Position numbers and translations under genes: made by a program. The notes below the pieces were generated by a model. The model ran no database searches. It saw only the letters and a program-made list of their open reading frames with translations, and was not told the DNA's origin. Source: a virus (Duplodnaviria; Caudoviricetes). From it: DNA of 51,795 bases. The stretch lies in IMG/VR virus record IMGVR_UViG_3300047201_000017, positions 1 to 51,795 of that record, one strand, 5' to 3'. How positions within the stretch are numbered: position 1 is the first letter of the stretch; each line of letters opens with the position of its first letter. Positions 1 to 8,774 of this stretch are shown piece after piece.

Positions 1-101
1 TGACTGAGTTACGTACGCATTTGAAGGAGTACGGTAGCAAAGCCAAGAAGGGCAAGAAGTTTCCTAAGAAAGTCAATAAGACTAAAAAGTCTAAAAAGTA
101 A
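1..101 (+). CDS. 3' part of an 80-aa Lys-rich basic protein that starts at 51654 and crosses the window junction
   Basis: Frame TELRTHLKEYGSKAKKGKKFPKKVNKTKKSKK* ends at TAA 99-101; joins in frame with 51654-51795. Confidence 0.75.
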   Translation, partial: TELRTHLKEYGSKAKKGKKFPKKVNKTKKSKK

Positions 102-126
102 TCATATATAGTATTGGAGGTACACA

Positions 127-741
127 ATGTTAGTTCTTGAATATTGGGGTGAGCATCTTACCAGTCAGAAGATAGTCCCTGGGAATGTCGCCATTGGAAC
201 TTTGCCGAATTGCTACTATTACACCGAATGGACGGTAGCATTCACGAGTGGGGGGAACACCACGGAGACTAAGGTGGGAGACTGGATCGTCGGAGCAACG
301 AGTGGAGTGGTATCCCAAGTGGTTTCCATCACCGCAACTGGAACTTCGTGGGCGGCCGGGGACATGGTGGGTACGATGAGGTTGAGAAGCAAGTTTCATC
401 CTGTCGCCGGTACGACTAACTGGACGAGTGGTGAGAACTGGAAAGTGGGGGCTGGTACTAACGATGGAACATTTACTTTGCTTCCGACAATCGCTCCAGC
501 TTCGGACTTGTATGCATTCCCAAAAGGGTCTCCCGCAAAATGCGCTTTGGTTTCGGTTCTGACGAACACTGTGTTGGTGGATTACGGGGGAGGCACTCCA
601 GACCAGACCTCTTTGGTCGGACTTCCTATGAAAGACGGCAGTTCCATTCTTTTACTGAACATTGGAGACATTTCTAGGTTTAAGGTAATTGACTATGTTG
701 CCAGTTCGGCTGGAGTGGTCAATATTCAATACTTCTTCTAA
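127..741 (+). CDS. Putative virion structural/decoration protein containing an FTSGG...GxWAAG beta-module also found in the nozzle
   Basis: SD GGAGG upstream; Thr/Gly-rich; module similar to two segments of ORF 19076-22780. Confidence 0.6.
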   Translation: MLVLEYWGEHLTSQKIVPGNVAIGTLPNCYYYTEWTVAFTSGGNTTETKVGDWIVGATSGVVSQVVSITATGTSWAAGDMVGTMRLRSKFHPVAGTTNWTSGENWKVGAGTNDGTFTLLPTIAPASDLYAFPKGSPAKCALVSVLTNTVLVDYGGGTPDQTSLVGLPMKDGSSILLLNIGDISRFKVIDYVASSAGVVNIQYFF

Positions 742-802
742 TTTTGTTTAGTGATATTTTTAAATGAAATCCTAGAGGTCTTTGGTAGAATACTAGATAT
801 AT

Positions 803-1822
803 ATGGCAGATACAAAGGTAATTCCAAATATGCCAAAAATTACTTCTATCCCTGGACTTAATTCGTCATCTGGATTTGTATCTCAGTGGAAGACTAACAA
901 TACTGGTTATTCAAATTCAAATCAGATTATGTTGCCTCTTGTTGCAAGTGGAACGTATGATTTCATAGTGAATTGGGGTGACGAGACATCTAGCCATATC
1001 ACAGCGTGGAATGACCCGGCAGTAACCCACACCTATCCTACTGCTGGAACATATACGGTGCAAATAACAGGTACGATCACTGGATGGATGTTTGACGGTA
1101 CATGGGATTGTTTAAAGATACTAAATATTAGTAATTGGGGACCGCTTAGACTGGGTAATGTAGGGTCTTATTTTTACGGTTGCACAAATCTGACCATTAC
1201 TGCTGCTGATTTATTGGATATTTCTGGAATGACCACTTTTCATGAATTTTTTGGTTATTGCTCTTCTCTTACAACAATTCCTCGTATGAACGAATGGGAT
1301 GTATCAAATATAACAGTCATGTCTATTATGTTCTGTGATGCTACTTTACTTAATCAGGATATTACAGCTTGGGATGTATCGAATGTAACGGTTATGTCGC
1401 AGATGTTTTGTAATGCCACTGCATTTAATCCAAATATTGGTTTGTGGGATACATCAAGTCTACAACTTATGGATAGAATGTTTGAGGGCGATACTGCATT
1501 TAACCAAAATATAGGAAGTTGGAACACATCAAATGTAATAGACATGTCACAATCTTTCTATAACGCTTCCATATTTAATCAAGATCTCAGTTTATGGAAT
1601 GTATCAAAGGTACGTACTATGGATTGGATACTTGTTGGTGCTGCGCTTTCCACAATTAACTATGATGCTATGTTGATTGCGTGGAGTGCTCAGGCAGTAC
1701 AAAGTAGTGTTTGGTTTCGTGCCGGAAACAGTAAATACACTGCTGGTGGTGCAGCCGAAGCAGGAAGGACTCATCTTATTAGCACACATAGTTGGTCAAT
1801 AACAGATGGAGGATCTGTTTAA
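803..1822 (+). CDS. PKD-like domain plus DUF285/BspA-type 25-aa repeat surface protein
   Basis: VNWGD...THTYPTAGTYTVQITG (PKD-like), repeats WDVSNVTxMxxMFxxAxxFNQxIxxW, C-terminal WSITDGG. Confidence 0.85.
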   Translation: MADTKVIPNMPKITSIPGLNSSSGFVSQWKTNNTGYSNSNQIMLPLVASGTYDFIVNWGDETSSHITAWNDPAVTHTYPTAGTYTVQITGTITGWMFDGTWDCLKILNISNWGPLRLGNVGSYFYGCTNLTITAADLLDISGMTTFHEFFGYCSSLTTIPRMNEWDVSNITVMSIMFCDATLLNQDITAWDVSNVTVMSQMFCNATAFNPNIGLWDTSSLQLMDRMFEGDTAFNQNIGSWNTSNVIDMSQSFYNASIFNQDLSLWNVSKVRTMDWILVGAALSTINYDAMLIAWSAQAVQSSVWFRAGNSKYTAGGAAEAGRTHLISTHSWSITDGGSV

Positions 1823-1830
1823 GAAGAAGG

Positions 1831-2037
1831 ATGGAACCAAAGTTGTTAAATTTAATTCTCGGAACACTCTTCCTAGTCTCCTATATAGCTGGAAGTCCAA
1901 CTGTCCCAAGTATTCCCACAATACGAGGAGTGACTCCAAGTGAAGGAGGAGATCTACACCCTGGGAATAATCTTTTACTAAATACTGGGGACAATCTATT
2001 ACTAAATACAGGGGATGCACTGCTTTTGAATGGGTAA
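1831..2037 (+). CDS. Small protein with N-terminal hydrophobic segment and 3x (N/A)LLLN(TGD) repeat
   Basis: More likely start ATG 1831 (MEPKLL); repeat NLLLNTGDNLLLNTGDALLLNG. Confidence 0.55.
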   Translation: MEPKLLNLILGTLFLVSYIAGSPTVPSIPTIRGVTPSEGGDLHPGNNLLLNTGDNLLLNTGDALLLNG

Positions 2038-2040
2038 AAT

Positions 2041-2778
2041 ATGCCAGATACCAAACTTATAGACTTAACAGAAGACACTGCTCCAGCATCAGATAGTTTA
2101 GTTTATACTACAGATGCTCCTGCTACGGCTCCGGTTGATCGAAAAGTGAGTCTTGCCAACTTTGGCAAAGGTCTTACTACTGTAAGTAACATTACTGGAC
2201 TTTACAAAGGTACGAGTGGAACAATAAGTGCAGCGGTGGCAGGGACGGATTATGTTCCAGTTTCAATTAAAGAAACCGAGAATATCGAAGTTGAATTCAT
2301 GTTAGAAGGGGCAGCACCTCCCCAGGCTACAACCATTTTAACTAGTACCAATAAGGTACCAGTTAGGAATTTTGATAGTACAACTGATGAGGATTTGCTT
2401 ATTAATTGGGAAGTCCCAGTTGATTTGAGTGGAACTACAATTTCATTCAGAGTAATTGGTTTCATAATAAATGCAACTGGACCGTCGAATGAAGGATGGG
2501 CATTTTTCCTTCAGGGTGCTTCTATTGGTGATGGAGACGGATTGGGTGCGAGTCTTGGAACAGCGGTTAAATCCAGCATTACAGCGAGAACCGATGCCCA
2601 GTACGATAGAGTAGCAACGGCTTGGTCTGCCGATGTTACCATAACCAGCCTTCTAGCTGGTGAGACAGCATTGCTGAAGTTGTATCGAGATGTTAGTGAT
2701 GCTGACGATACCTATGCTCAGGATGTAGGAGTAGCAAGGGTTGAAATTAAATATACGAGAGCAATTTCAACAACATGA
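2041..2778 (+). CDS. Putative tail/head fiber protein
   Basis: N-terminal MPDTKLIDLTEDTAP motif typical of phage fiber attachment segments; beta-rich C-terminal domain. Confidence 0.55.
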   Translation: MPDTKLIDLTEDTAPASDSLVYTTDAPATAPVDRKVSLANFGKGLTTVSNITGLYKGTSGTISAAVAGTDYVPVSIKETENIEVEFMLEGAAPPQATTILTSTNKVPVRNFDSTTDEDLLINWEVPVDLSGTTISFRVIGFIINATGPSNEGWAFFLQGASIGDGDGLGASLGTAVKSSITARTDAQYDRVATAWSADVTITSLLAGETALLKLYRDVSDADDTYAQDVGVARVEIKYTRAISTT

Positions 2779-3470
2779 AAAGACTTTGGAAACCTAGATT
2801 CTTGAGAGTTGGGTCTGATTGTGTATTATATCATGATTACACATTAGACCCATTAGCATTTGATCATTCAGGCAATGGAAACAATGGCACTATCTATGGT
2901 GCTACTCCACAGACCATTGGAATGTTTTTCCAGACAGATGACTACATAGATGTCCCATTTGCATCAAATCTTAGTCCAGGTACGAACGATTATGCAGCTA
3001 TGGCGTGGATAAATCCAACTTATGTTTCGCAAACTCTATATATGATCCTTTCAATGGGTGGAGCTATTCTTATTTTTAGTGCCTACCAACTTGCTGAGGA
3101 TGCATACGGTACTTGGTCTGACTATGTTCAAACTGCTCCTGGGGGATCAAATTATTACTACGATATTTTTAGTCTCCCCCATGTGGATTGTGACGGATCT
3201 TGGCACTTTTTATCCTATGAAATAGATCGGAATGTAGGAGCTTATATTCGTTTAGATGGTAATGCTCTTATTGGACCTTTTGGCGATACTTATGAAACTG
3301 CTATAACCTTTTCAACTTACTGCAATATTGGAGTGTATAATAATCATACATCAGCCTTCTTTAGTGGACTTATTGACTTTTTACAGGTTTACAATGGAAC
3401 ATTCAACAATTATTCGGGCAAAACAAGTCTTGAAATCTATAATGCCACAAAAGCGAGGTATGGATTATGA
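2775..3470 (+). CDS. LamG/concanavalin A-like lectin domain protein
   Basis: DHSGNGNNGTIYGA, AWINP, DGSWHF, FSGLID motifs of LamG-like jelly rolls. Confidence 0.75.
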   Translation: MKRLWKPRFLRVGSDCVLYHDYTLDPLAFDHSGNGNNGTIYGATPQTIGMFFQTDDYIDVPFASNLSPGTNDYAAMAWINPTYVSQTLYMILSMGGAILIFSAYQLAEDAYGTWSDYVQTAPGGSNYYYDIFSLPHVDCDGSWHFLSYEIDRNVGAYIRLDGNALIGPFGDTYETAITFSTYCNIGVYNNHTSAFFSGLIDFLQVYNGTFNNYSGKTSLEIYNATKARYGL

Positions 3471-3811
3471 GTATGCTTCGGATTTTCGACAATCCATTGA
3501 CTGTCCCGATAGATGCCAAGACCGGACAAGTTCCAAAAGAGTTGCACGACGCAATAATCACTGTTCGAGATTCGGCAATTTTAATTCAAAAATATGCCCA
3601 AAAAATAAAACCTGGGAAGAAAGAGGAAGAGCCAACCGACAAAGCCACATGGCACATATGTTACCATGATGAAGATCCATTGAAACCATGTGGTGCAAAG
3701 CAACCTATTGAAACCTTGTTAGATTATACTAAGGCTAAAATTAGCAAGGTTGAAGGGGATAAGAAGAAGAACTTACTTTCAAAAATATGGGAAACTATTA
3801 CTGGTAGATAA
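3467..3811 (+). CDS. Hypothetical protein
   Basis: ATGA overlap with upstream gene; HICYHDE..C motif. Confidence 0.6.
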   Translation: MSMLRIFDNPLTVPIDAKTGQVPKELHDAIITVRDSAILIQKYAQKIKPGKKEEEPTDKATWHICYHDEDPLKPCGAKQPIETLLDYTKAKISKVEGDKKKNLLSKIWETITGR

Positions 3812-3828
3812 TTTAAGGAAATAGGTAT

Positions 3829-3972
3829 ATGGTACATCCAATTAAAAAGATTAAAACTTGGCTAAAGATTAGAAAACTCAAGGGTAAAGAAATAGAATAC
3901 GACCACATCCCAATTTGGGATGGCGCTAAATTCAAAATTAGGAGAGTTCCCAAGAACGAGGAGAAGAAATGA
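3829..3972 (+). CDS. Small basic hypothetical protein (47 aa, not in ORF track)
   Basis: MVHPIKKIKTWLKIRK...NEEKK*; fills the gap and overlaps the next ATG. Confidence 0.5.
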   Translation: MVHPIKKIKTWLKIRKLKGKEIEYDHIPIWDGAKFKIRRVPKNEEKK

Positions 3973-4295
3973 AAAAGTTAATTGTCATTGGATTGATTTT
4001 ACTATTTCCAACTTCATGTTTTGCAGCAGATGTAGTTTTAAGATGGGATGCATCAATTGGTGCTACTGGATACAAGATTTACAAATCTGAAGATAATGGA
4101 GTCACTTGGGGAACGGGATTAGATGTAGGAAACGTCACAACCCATACCTATACCAATGTGATTGAAACAAAGTTAGTTCTATTTCGCATTAGTGCTTATA
4201 ACGCATCCGTAGAGTCAATTAGGTTATGGTCTGGTGCCTGGTATGATCACAGACTTAAACCAGTTATGGCTCCAACTGGGGCAGGTATTCAATAA
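3969..4295 (+). CDS. Secreted fibronectin type III-like protein
   Basis: Signal peptide MKKLIVIGLILLFPTSCFA; VVLRWDA..GATGYKIY...FRISAYN pattern. Confidence 0.65.
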   Translation: MKKLIVIGLILLFPTSCFAADVVLRWDASIGATGYKIYKSEDNGVTWGTGLDVGNVTTHTYTNVIETKLVLFRISAYNASVESIRLWSGAWYDHRLKPVMAPTGAGIQ

Positions 4296-4753
4296 TGAAA
4301 AAGTTATTTTGTATTTTATTTCTATCTTGTTTGATTTTGATTCCATCTTCAATAATGGCTCAATCAAAACCATTCGTTGAAGCCAAGAACTTCGCTTTGA
4401 AATTTGGTACAGTAAACTCCAACGGTGATCATGAGTTTATCCATACCAACCAGTTTCCTTTGCAACTTACAGAGTTTGGTATCTACTATGGATTTCTTTA
4501 CCGATATGACCAAGGAGACTACATAGTCATAGGCAAAACTCTGGATTTGGAGAATATCTTTTACGTTTACTATGATGGTGTTCAAAAGATTTACTATTCT
4601 TATATACACGACTACGGTTATGCGACAATGCCAATACGTGATTATAAGGAGTACACTGAAGAAGAGGCGACTAAACTGGCAGAAGGGATTTGGGTTGAAT
4701 TTAGTAACCTCCTTGTAAAGGAGGATCTTATCTGGAAAGGAGCAATTAAATGA
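4295..4753 (+). CDS. Hypothetical exported protein
   Basis: N-terminal signal peptide; operon packing. Confidence 0.55.
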   Translation: MKKLFCILFLSCLILIPSSIMAQSKPFVEAKNFALKFGTVNSNGDHEFIHTNQFPLQLTEFGIYYGFLYRYDQGDYIVIGKTLDLENIFYVYYDGVQKIYYSYIHDYGYATMPIRDYKEYTEEEATKLAEGIWVEFSNLLVKEDLIWKGAIK

Positions 4754-5013
4754 TTCGTTTTTGTACAAAGAATCTTAACTCCTCCTATAAATGTGGTGTT
4801 GGATGGGGACAAATAAGTTGTCTTTCAAACGGTGAGAATGAATTTAAAGGTTGTTTCGATGAACCAAAAGAAGTAAATTGTAAAAATTTAGTAGATGAAA
4901 ACCCACAAGTAAGTTATTGTCATTTTTGTGGAACTGCTTTAGGTATAGAAAAAGATGAACCTCTATTCGGAGTACATATAAAAGAACTTATTAATGTGTT
5001 AAAAAACAAATGA
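4750..5013 (+). CDS. Cys-rich hypothetical protein
   Basis: Multiple Cys including CHFC; ATGA overlaps. Confidence 0.5.
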   Translation: MIRFCTKNLNSSYKCGVGWGQISCLSNGENEFKGCFDEPKEVNCKNLVDENPQVSYCHFCGTALGIEKDEPLFGVHIKELINVLKNK

Positions 5014-5024
5014 AAGGAGACAAT

Positions 5025-5435
5025 ATGTACAGAAGGTTAATTAATCCACTGTCATTCATGTTGGGATTCTGTGCGGTTTTCGCACTACTGACATCTTGTG
5101 CAACCCTAGGACTTCCCGATGTGGGATTTACTAGTGCAAGTTATCAGACATTAGGGACGATGGCATCTACCTACAATATGGCATGGCTGTCATTTAAGCA
5201 GGCATACAACGACAAAGTTGTTAATGAGGCTGATTTCCAAAAAGGCAAAGGCTATGCAAATACCTTCTATACTAACTATCAAAAGGCAGTAGATGTTCTC
5301 GCCAAGTACAAAAAAGGTGAAGGGACCAAGATAGAAGTTGAAAGATCTTTGGAATTAGCCCAGGGTGTAGCTAATATTCTGCGAGATTTCATACTATCAA
5401 AGGGAATCAAGATTCCCGAAACGGTTAAACCTTAA
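5025..5435 (+). CDS. Putative lipoprotein (possible lysis/spanin-associated)
   Basis: SD AAGGAG before ATG 5025; hydrophobic stretch then lipobox-like LTSC. Confidence 0.6.
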   Translation: MYRRLINPLSFMLGFCAVFALLTSCATLGLPDVGFTSASYQTLGTMASTYNMAWLSFKQAYNDKVVNEADFQKGKGYANTFYTNYQKAVDVLAKYKKGEGTKIEVERSLELAQGVANILRDFILSKGIKIPETVKP

Positions 5436-5447
5436 GGGAGGTGAAAC

Positions 5448-5606
5448 ATGGATAAGAATTGGAAACTGGTAATTTACATTATCACCATAATAGTCAATTA
5501 CGGCGTACCAGAACTGATTCGCCTTCTGAATCAGTGGGCGACTAAAGATCCGACATTGGAAGACATCGAAGCGTTGAAGTCAATTCCAATTGATCCTAAT
5601 TTGTAA
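5448..5606 (+). CDS. Small membrane-associated protein (52 aa, not in ORF track)
   Basis: SD GGGAGGT; MDKNWKLVIYIITIIVNYGVPELIRLL...PNL*. Confidence 0.6.
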   Translation: MDKNWKLVIYIITIIVNYGVPELIRLLNQWATKDPTLEDIEALKSIPIDPNL

Positions 5607-5617
5607 AGGAGAATTAC

Positions 5618-5824
5618 ATGATTGCTGGAAGTTCATTGTTAAGCGTTTTAATCACCCTTGTTATTGTTGGCCTGATATTCTGGCTATTGTGGTGGTTTAT
5701 CGGGTACGTGGGTCTTCCCGAACCATTTAACAAGGTTGCAAAGGTTATAATCGGTCTTATCGCATTAATCTTTCTGATAAACCTGCTATTGGGTTTTTCA
5801 GGTCATCCACTCATACGGTGGTAA
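5618..5824 (+). CDS. Two-TM small membrane protein (Thivi_2564-like)
   Basis: Two hydrophobic helices around LPEPFNKV. Confidence 0.6.
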   Translation: MIAGSSLLSVLITLVIVGLIFWLLWWFIGYVGLPEPFNKVAKVIIGLIALIFLINLLLGFSGHPLIRW

Positions 5825-5834
5825 GGAGTATAAT

Positions 5835-6056
5835 ATGTTTACAAAACTTGGAACCTTGAAGTTAAGTGACTTCTGGAGAGGTCTAATTATTGCAATTCTT
5901 ACAGCTCCCCTAACGATTATCTATCAATCAATTCAGGCAGGAAGTCTTGATTTTGATTGGAAGACTATCTTATTGGTGGGTGTTGCTGGAGCTATTTCAT
6001 ACTTACTGAAGAATCTTGGTACGGGCAGTAATGGTAATATTCTGTCTAATAAGTGA
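5835..6056 (+). CDS. Putative holin
   Basis: 73 aa, two hydrophobic segments, DFWRGLIIA...DWK...YLLKNL pattern seen in small phage holin-like proteins. Confidence 0.55.
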   Translation: MFTKLGTLKLSDFWRGLIIAILTAPLTIIYQSIQAGSLDFDWKTILLVGVAGAISYLLKNLGTGSNGNILSNK

Positions 6057-6063
6057 GGAATAA

Positions 6064-8718
6064 GTGGATCTTAGCAACATACCATTAAGTGAGACAGACA
6101 AGAAGTTTTTCAACGACTGGGCTGGTTTCTTCAACCACCAGATGACGTGGTTCTACAAGCAGTTCCTCGCTCGCCAGGAGAAGATAATCTGTCTGTTCAC
6201 CGGCAACCAAAAAGGAAAGTGTTTTTCAATAAATTCAGTAGTCTATACCCCATCTGGAATTAAGTTTGCAGAAGATATTAAAACTGGAGACTTAATTCTG
6301 GGTGGGGAAGCATTAGTTGGCGAACCATTTGAGGATGATGTCTATGAAGTAAAATTTTCAAATGGAGTAAGCATTAAATGTAATAAAGAACATCCATTTT
6401 GGTGTAAAGATTACGGAAATGTCAATGATAAAACAGCAAGGTTTATCCCATTAGAAAATCTTACTGTTGGTAAGTATGTTTTATTTTCTCCTTCTAGTAG
6501 TTTTGATTTGGAAAGTATTTCTATCCAAGGGGCAAAGTTACTTGGTTATTTATGTTCCGATGGTTATTTAGGAAATGACAAACAGTCTCCTAAGTTTACT
6601 AATGGTAATTTAGTGTTTCTAAAGGAAGTATGGAAAGAAGCAAGAGAACTTTTTCCAGAATTAAAAGTATCTTGGAGAAAAAAAGGTAATGGATATGATT
6701 TATACTTAACAGATAGAAATCACCATACAAATAATAGACTAAAAGAATATATATTGTCGTTAGGAGTATCGAAAGAAAGTTTTGGTTCTATTGTTAATGG
6801 TGATACTCATTCTTTAGAAGAGTTTATAAAGGGATACTTTAATGGTGATGGATACTTACTTCTAAGAAAAAGAAAGAACGGTTGGTCGTCTTTACCATCT
6901 GTGGAAATTGGATTTTGTATTGGTAAAAGTAAAATAAAGGCATACGAGTTACAGTATATACTTTGGAAACTTGGTATTCAATCGTGGATTATTTCTGAAC
7001 GAATGAAGTTAAGTAAGTATGATTTTTGGAGAGTAAAAGTAACAGGAATTGGATTGGAAAAACTAATATCCATTTTGGATTGGACTAAGTATCCAAGTAA
7101 ATTTAAGGATGCTATTGATACACTTAGTCATAATAGGTTTAGGAAAAACTTTGCTGGTAATTGGGTTAGGATTAAATCAATAGAAAAAGGCGGGCAAGAT
7201 TTATTTGTTCCAATAACCACAACTAATGGTGAAATATATTCATCATGTGGTTTAAAAACACATAATACTGAGGATGTGGCACATCACTATTGGATGCGAC
7301 TATGGGGCAGACACCCTATTGCAAGCAAGAATATGCGTCCCGACAATCCATATAGGATCATAAGATGCGCATCTGCGGTTTTGCCTGCTGAACCTGAAGG
7401 TGGTGAAGTTAAGAACACTCAGTATCCTGCACTTAAACGAGTAATACCTCTTGGATATATTAAGAAAGACATTACTATTCGTAAACCCGTATTAACTGTC
7501 CGTGATCCTCAAGGTGGACCCGATGTGTATTTCGAGTTTGTTTCTTACAAGCAAGAAACGGGAGACATGGCAGGTGTACAGCGGTTTTCAGTATGGCTTG
7601 ATGAGAAGAGTGACAGATCGTTCTTTGAGGAACAGATACCAAGGTTGTTCTCTGCAAGTGGAGATTTGATCTACACACTTACGCCAGCAGATTATGGTAT
7701 CGGTTGGGAACACCATGACTTGTTCAGTAGAGCAAAAACAATCATTCGCAGTGATCCAGTATTACAGCGGTACAAAGACCGGTTCAATAAGATATATCCT
7801 AATACTTATTTGAATCCAGATGGTGACTTGGATTGTTGTATACTGATGGGGGCTACCGATGACAATCCTATTTATACTCCAGAGAAGATTTCTAAGGACA
7901 TGGAGATATATACCGAGGACATTATTGACATTCGCAGGTATGGCATATCTCGCCAGGCTACGGGTCAGATCTTTGAGGACTTCGATGTAGATGTGCATCA
8001 GATAGATGGAAACCAGTACTTCGATAGAGGTATGCACTCTGAATGGGTACATGCAAGGGGTATAGATTTTCACGAACATGTACCTTGGGCATGCGGGTTT
8101 ATTGCATTATCACCGCAGAATGAGGCGTTTATCTACGATGAGTTCAATCCCTCACCAGACAAGATGGTGACGTTGCAAATATGCAGAGAATTGGCTTATA
8201 AGTCTCAGATGTTCAATTACAAGTTATCGTTAATAGATCCGTGGTCATCCAAGAAGCAACCCAATACTGGATTATCGCCATTAGATGACATTAATAGAGC
8301 GTTCTACGAGTTCAGGCGTGAAGGTATATGTTCAGGTGGCTACTGGCAGACGTGGGACACCAAATCTGCTAAGGGTAGGAATGAGATTAAGTTGCGGTTG
8401 AAGAATGCAAGGTTGTGTGGTAAACCATTCAATAATAGAATTGTAAAGAACAATGGCAAGGAGGAGTATTTACCTACATTATGGATATTCCGAAGGTGTC
8501 ATGAGACAATCAATAGTTTTAAGAATTGGCGGTGGGAACAGTGGACTAATCGTGAGATGTTAGTGTCTAAGGACGAGAAAGATAAGCCGGAACAGAAATG
8601 GAGTCATTTCCCAATGGTCTATGAAGCCATATTCAAACATCCCGGGTTTAGCATTGGCAGGTTTAGCGAACCGTTTATTAAAAGACGTGAACCATACTAT
8701 CGAAGCATGAGTGTATAA
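6064..8718 (+). CDS. terL: Terminase large subunit, interrupted by an intein
   Basis: Walker A GNQKGK|T, Walker B VWLDE, DNP motif, RNase H-like nuclease ARGIDF; upstream of portal. Confidence 0.9.
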   Translation: MDLSNIPLSETDKKFFNDWAGFFNHQMTWFYKQFLARQEKIICLFTGNQKGKCFSINSVVYTPSGIKFAEDIKTGDLILGGEALVGEPFEDDVYEVKFSNGVSIKCNKEHPFWCKDYGNVNDKTARFIPLENLTVGKYVLFSPSSSFDLESISIQGAKLLGYLCSDGYLGNDKQSPKFTNGNLVFLKEVWKEARELFPELKVSWRKKGNGYDLYLTDRNHHTNNRLKEYILSLGVSKESFGSIVNGDTHSLEEFIKGYFNGDGYLLLRKRKNGWSSLPSVEIGFCIGKSKIKAYELQYILWKLGIQSWIISERMKLSKYDFWRVKVTGIGLEKLISILDWTKYPSKFKDAIDTLSHNRFRKNFAGNWVRIKSIEKGGQDLFVPITTTNGEIYSSCGLKTHNTEDVAHHYWMRLWGRHPIASKNMRPDNPYRIIRCASAVLPAEPEGGEVKNTQYPALKRVIPLGYIKKDITIRKPVLTVRDPQGGPDVYFEFVSYKQETGDMAGVQRFSVWLDEKSDRSFFEEQIPRLFSASGDLIYTLTPADYGIGWEHHDLFSRAKTIIRSDPVLQRYKDRFNKIYPNTYLNPDGDLDCCILMGATDDNPIYTPEKISKDMEIYTEDIIDIRRYGISRQATGQIFEDFDVDVHQIDGNQYFDRGMHSEWVHARGIDFHEHVPWACGFIALSPQNEAFIYDEFNPSPDKMVTLQICRELAYKSQMFNYKLSLIDPWSSKKQPNTGLSPLDDINRAFYEFRREGICSGGYWQTWDTKSAKGRNEIKLRLKNARLCGKPFNNRIVKNNGKEEYLPTLWIFRRCHETINSFKNWRWEQWTNREMLVSKDEKDKPEQKWSHFPMVYEAIFKHPGFSIGRFSEPFIKRREPYYRSMSV
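6220..7266 (+). mobile_element. Intein (349 aa) with LAGLIDADG homing endonuclease, inserted in the TerL Walker A motif
   Basis: Starts CFSINS, block B CNKEHPF, LAGLIDADG motifs LLGYLCSDG and FIKGYFNGDG, ends THN followed by +1 Thr. Confidence 0.92.
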
Positions 8719-8774
8719 CGCCATAAATAACCGGCGGGGTTTATTTCACCGTCTGGTTGATTGACTTGTTGTGT
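8713..8774 (-). mobile_element. attC: Integron attC site (62 bp) of the cassette
   Basis: Minus strand: R'' ACACAAC, 5 nt, L'' AATCAACC, hairpin, L' GGTTATT, 6 nt, R' GTTATAC; extrahelical G (8759) and T (8754) on the folding strand. Confidence 0.82.

Noticed and set aside
1200-1640. 75-bp periodic repeats as CRISPR or DGR template/variable repeats
   Set aside because: They are in-frame protein repeats of the DUF285 domain; there are no identical repeats with spacers and no reverse transcriptase in the window.
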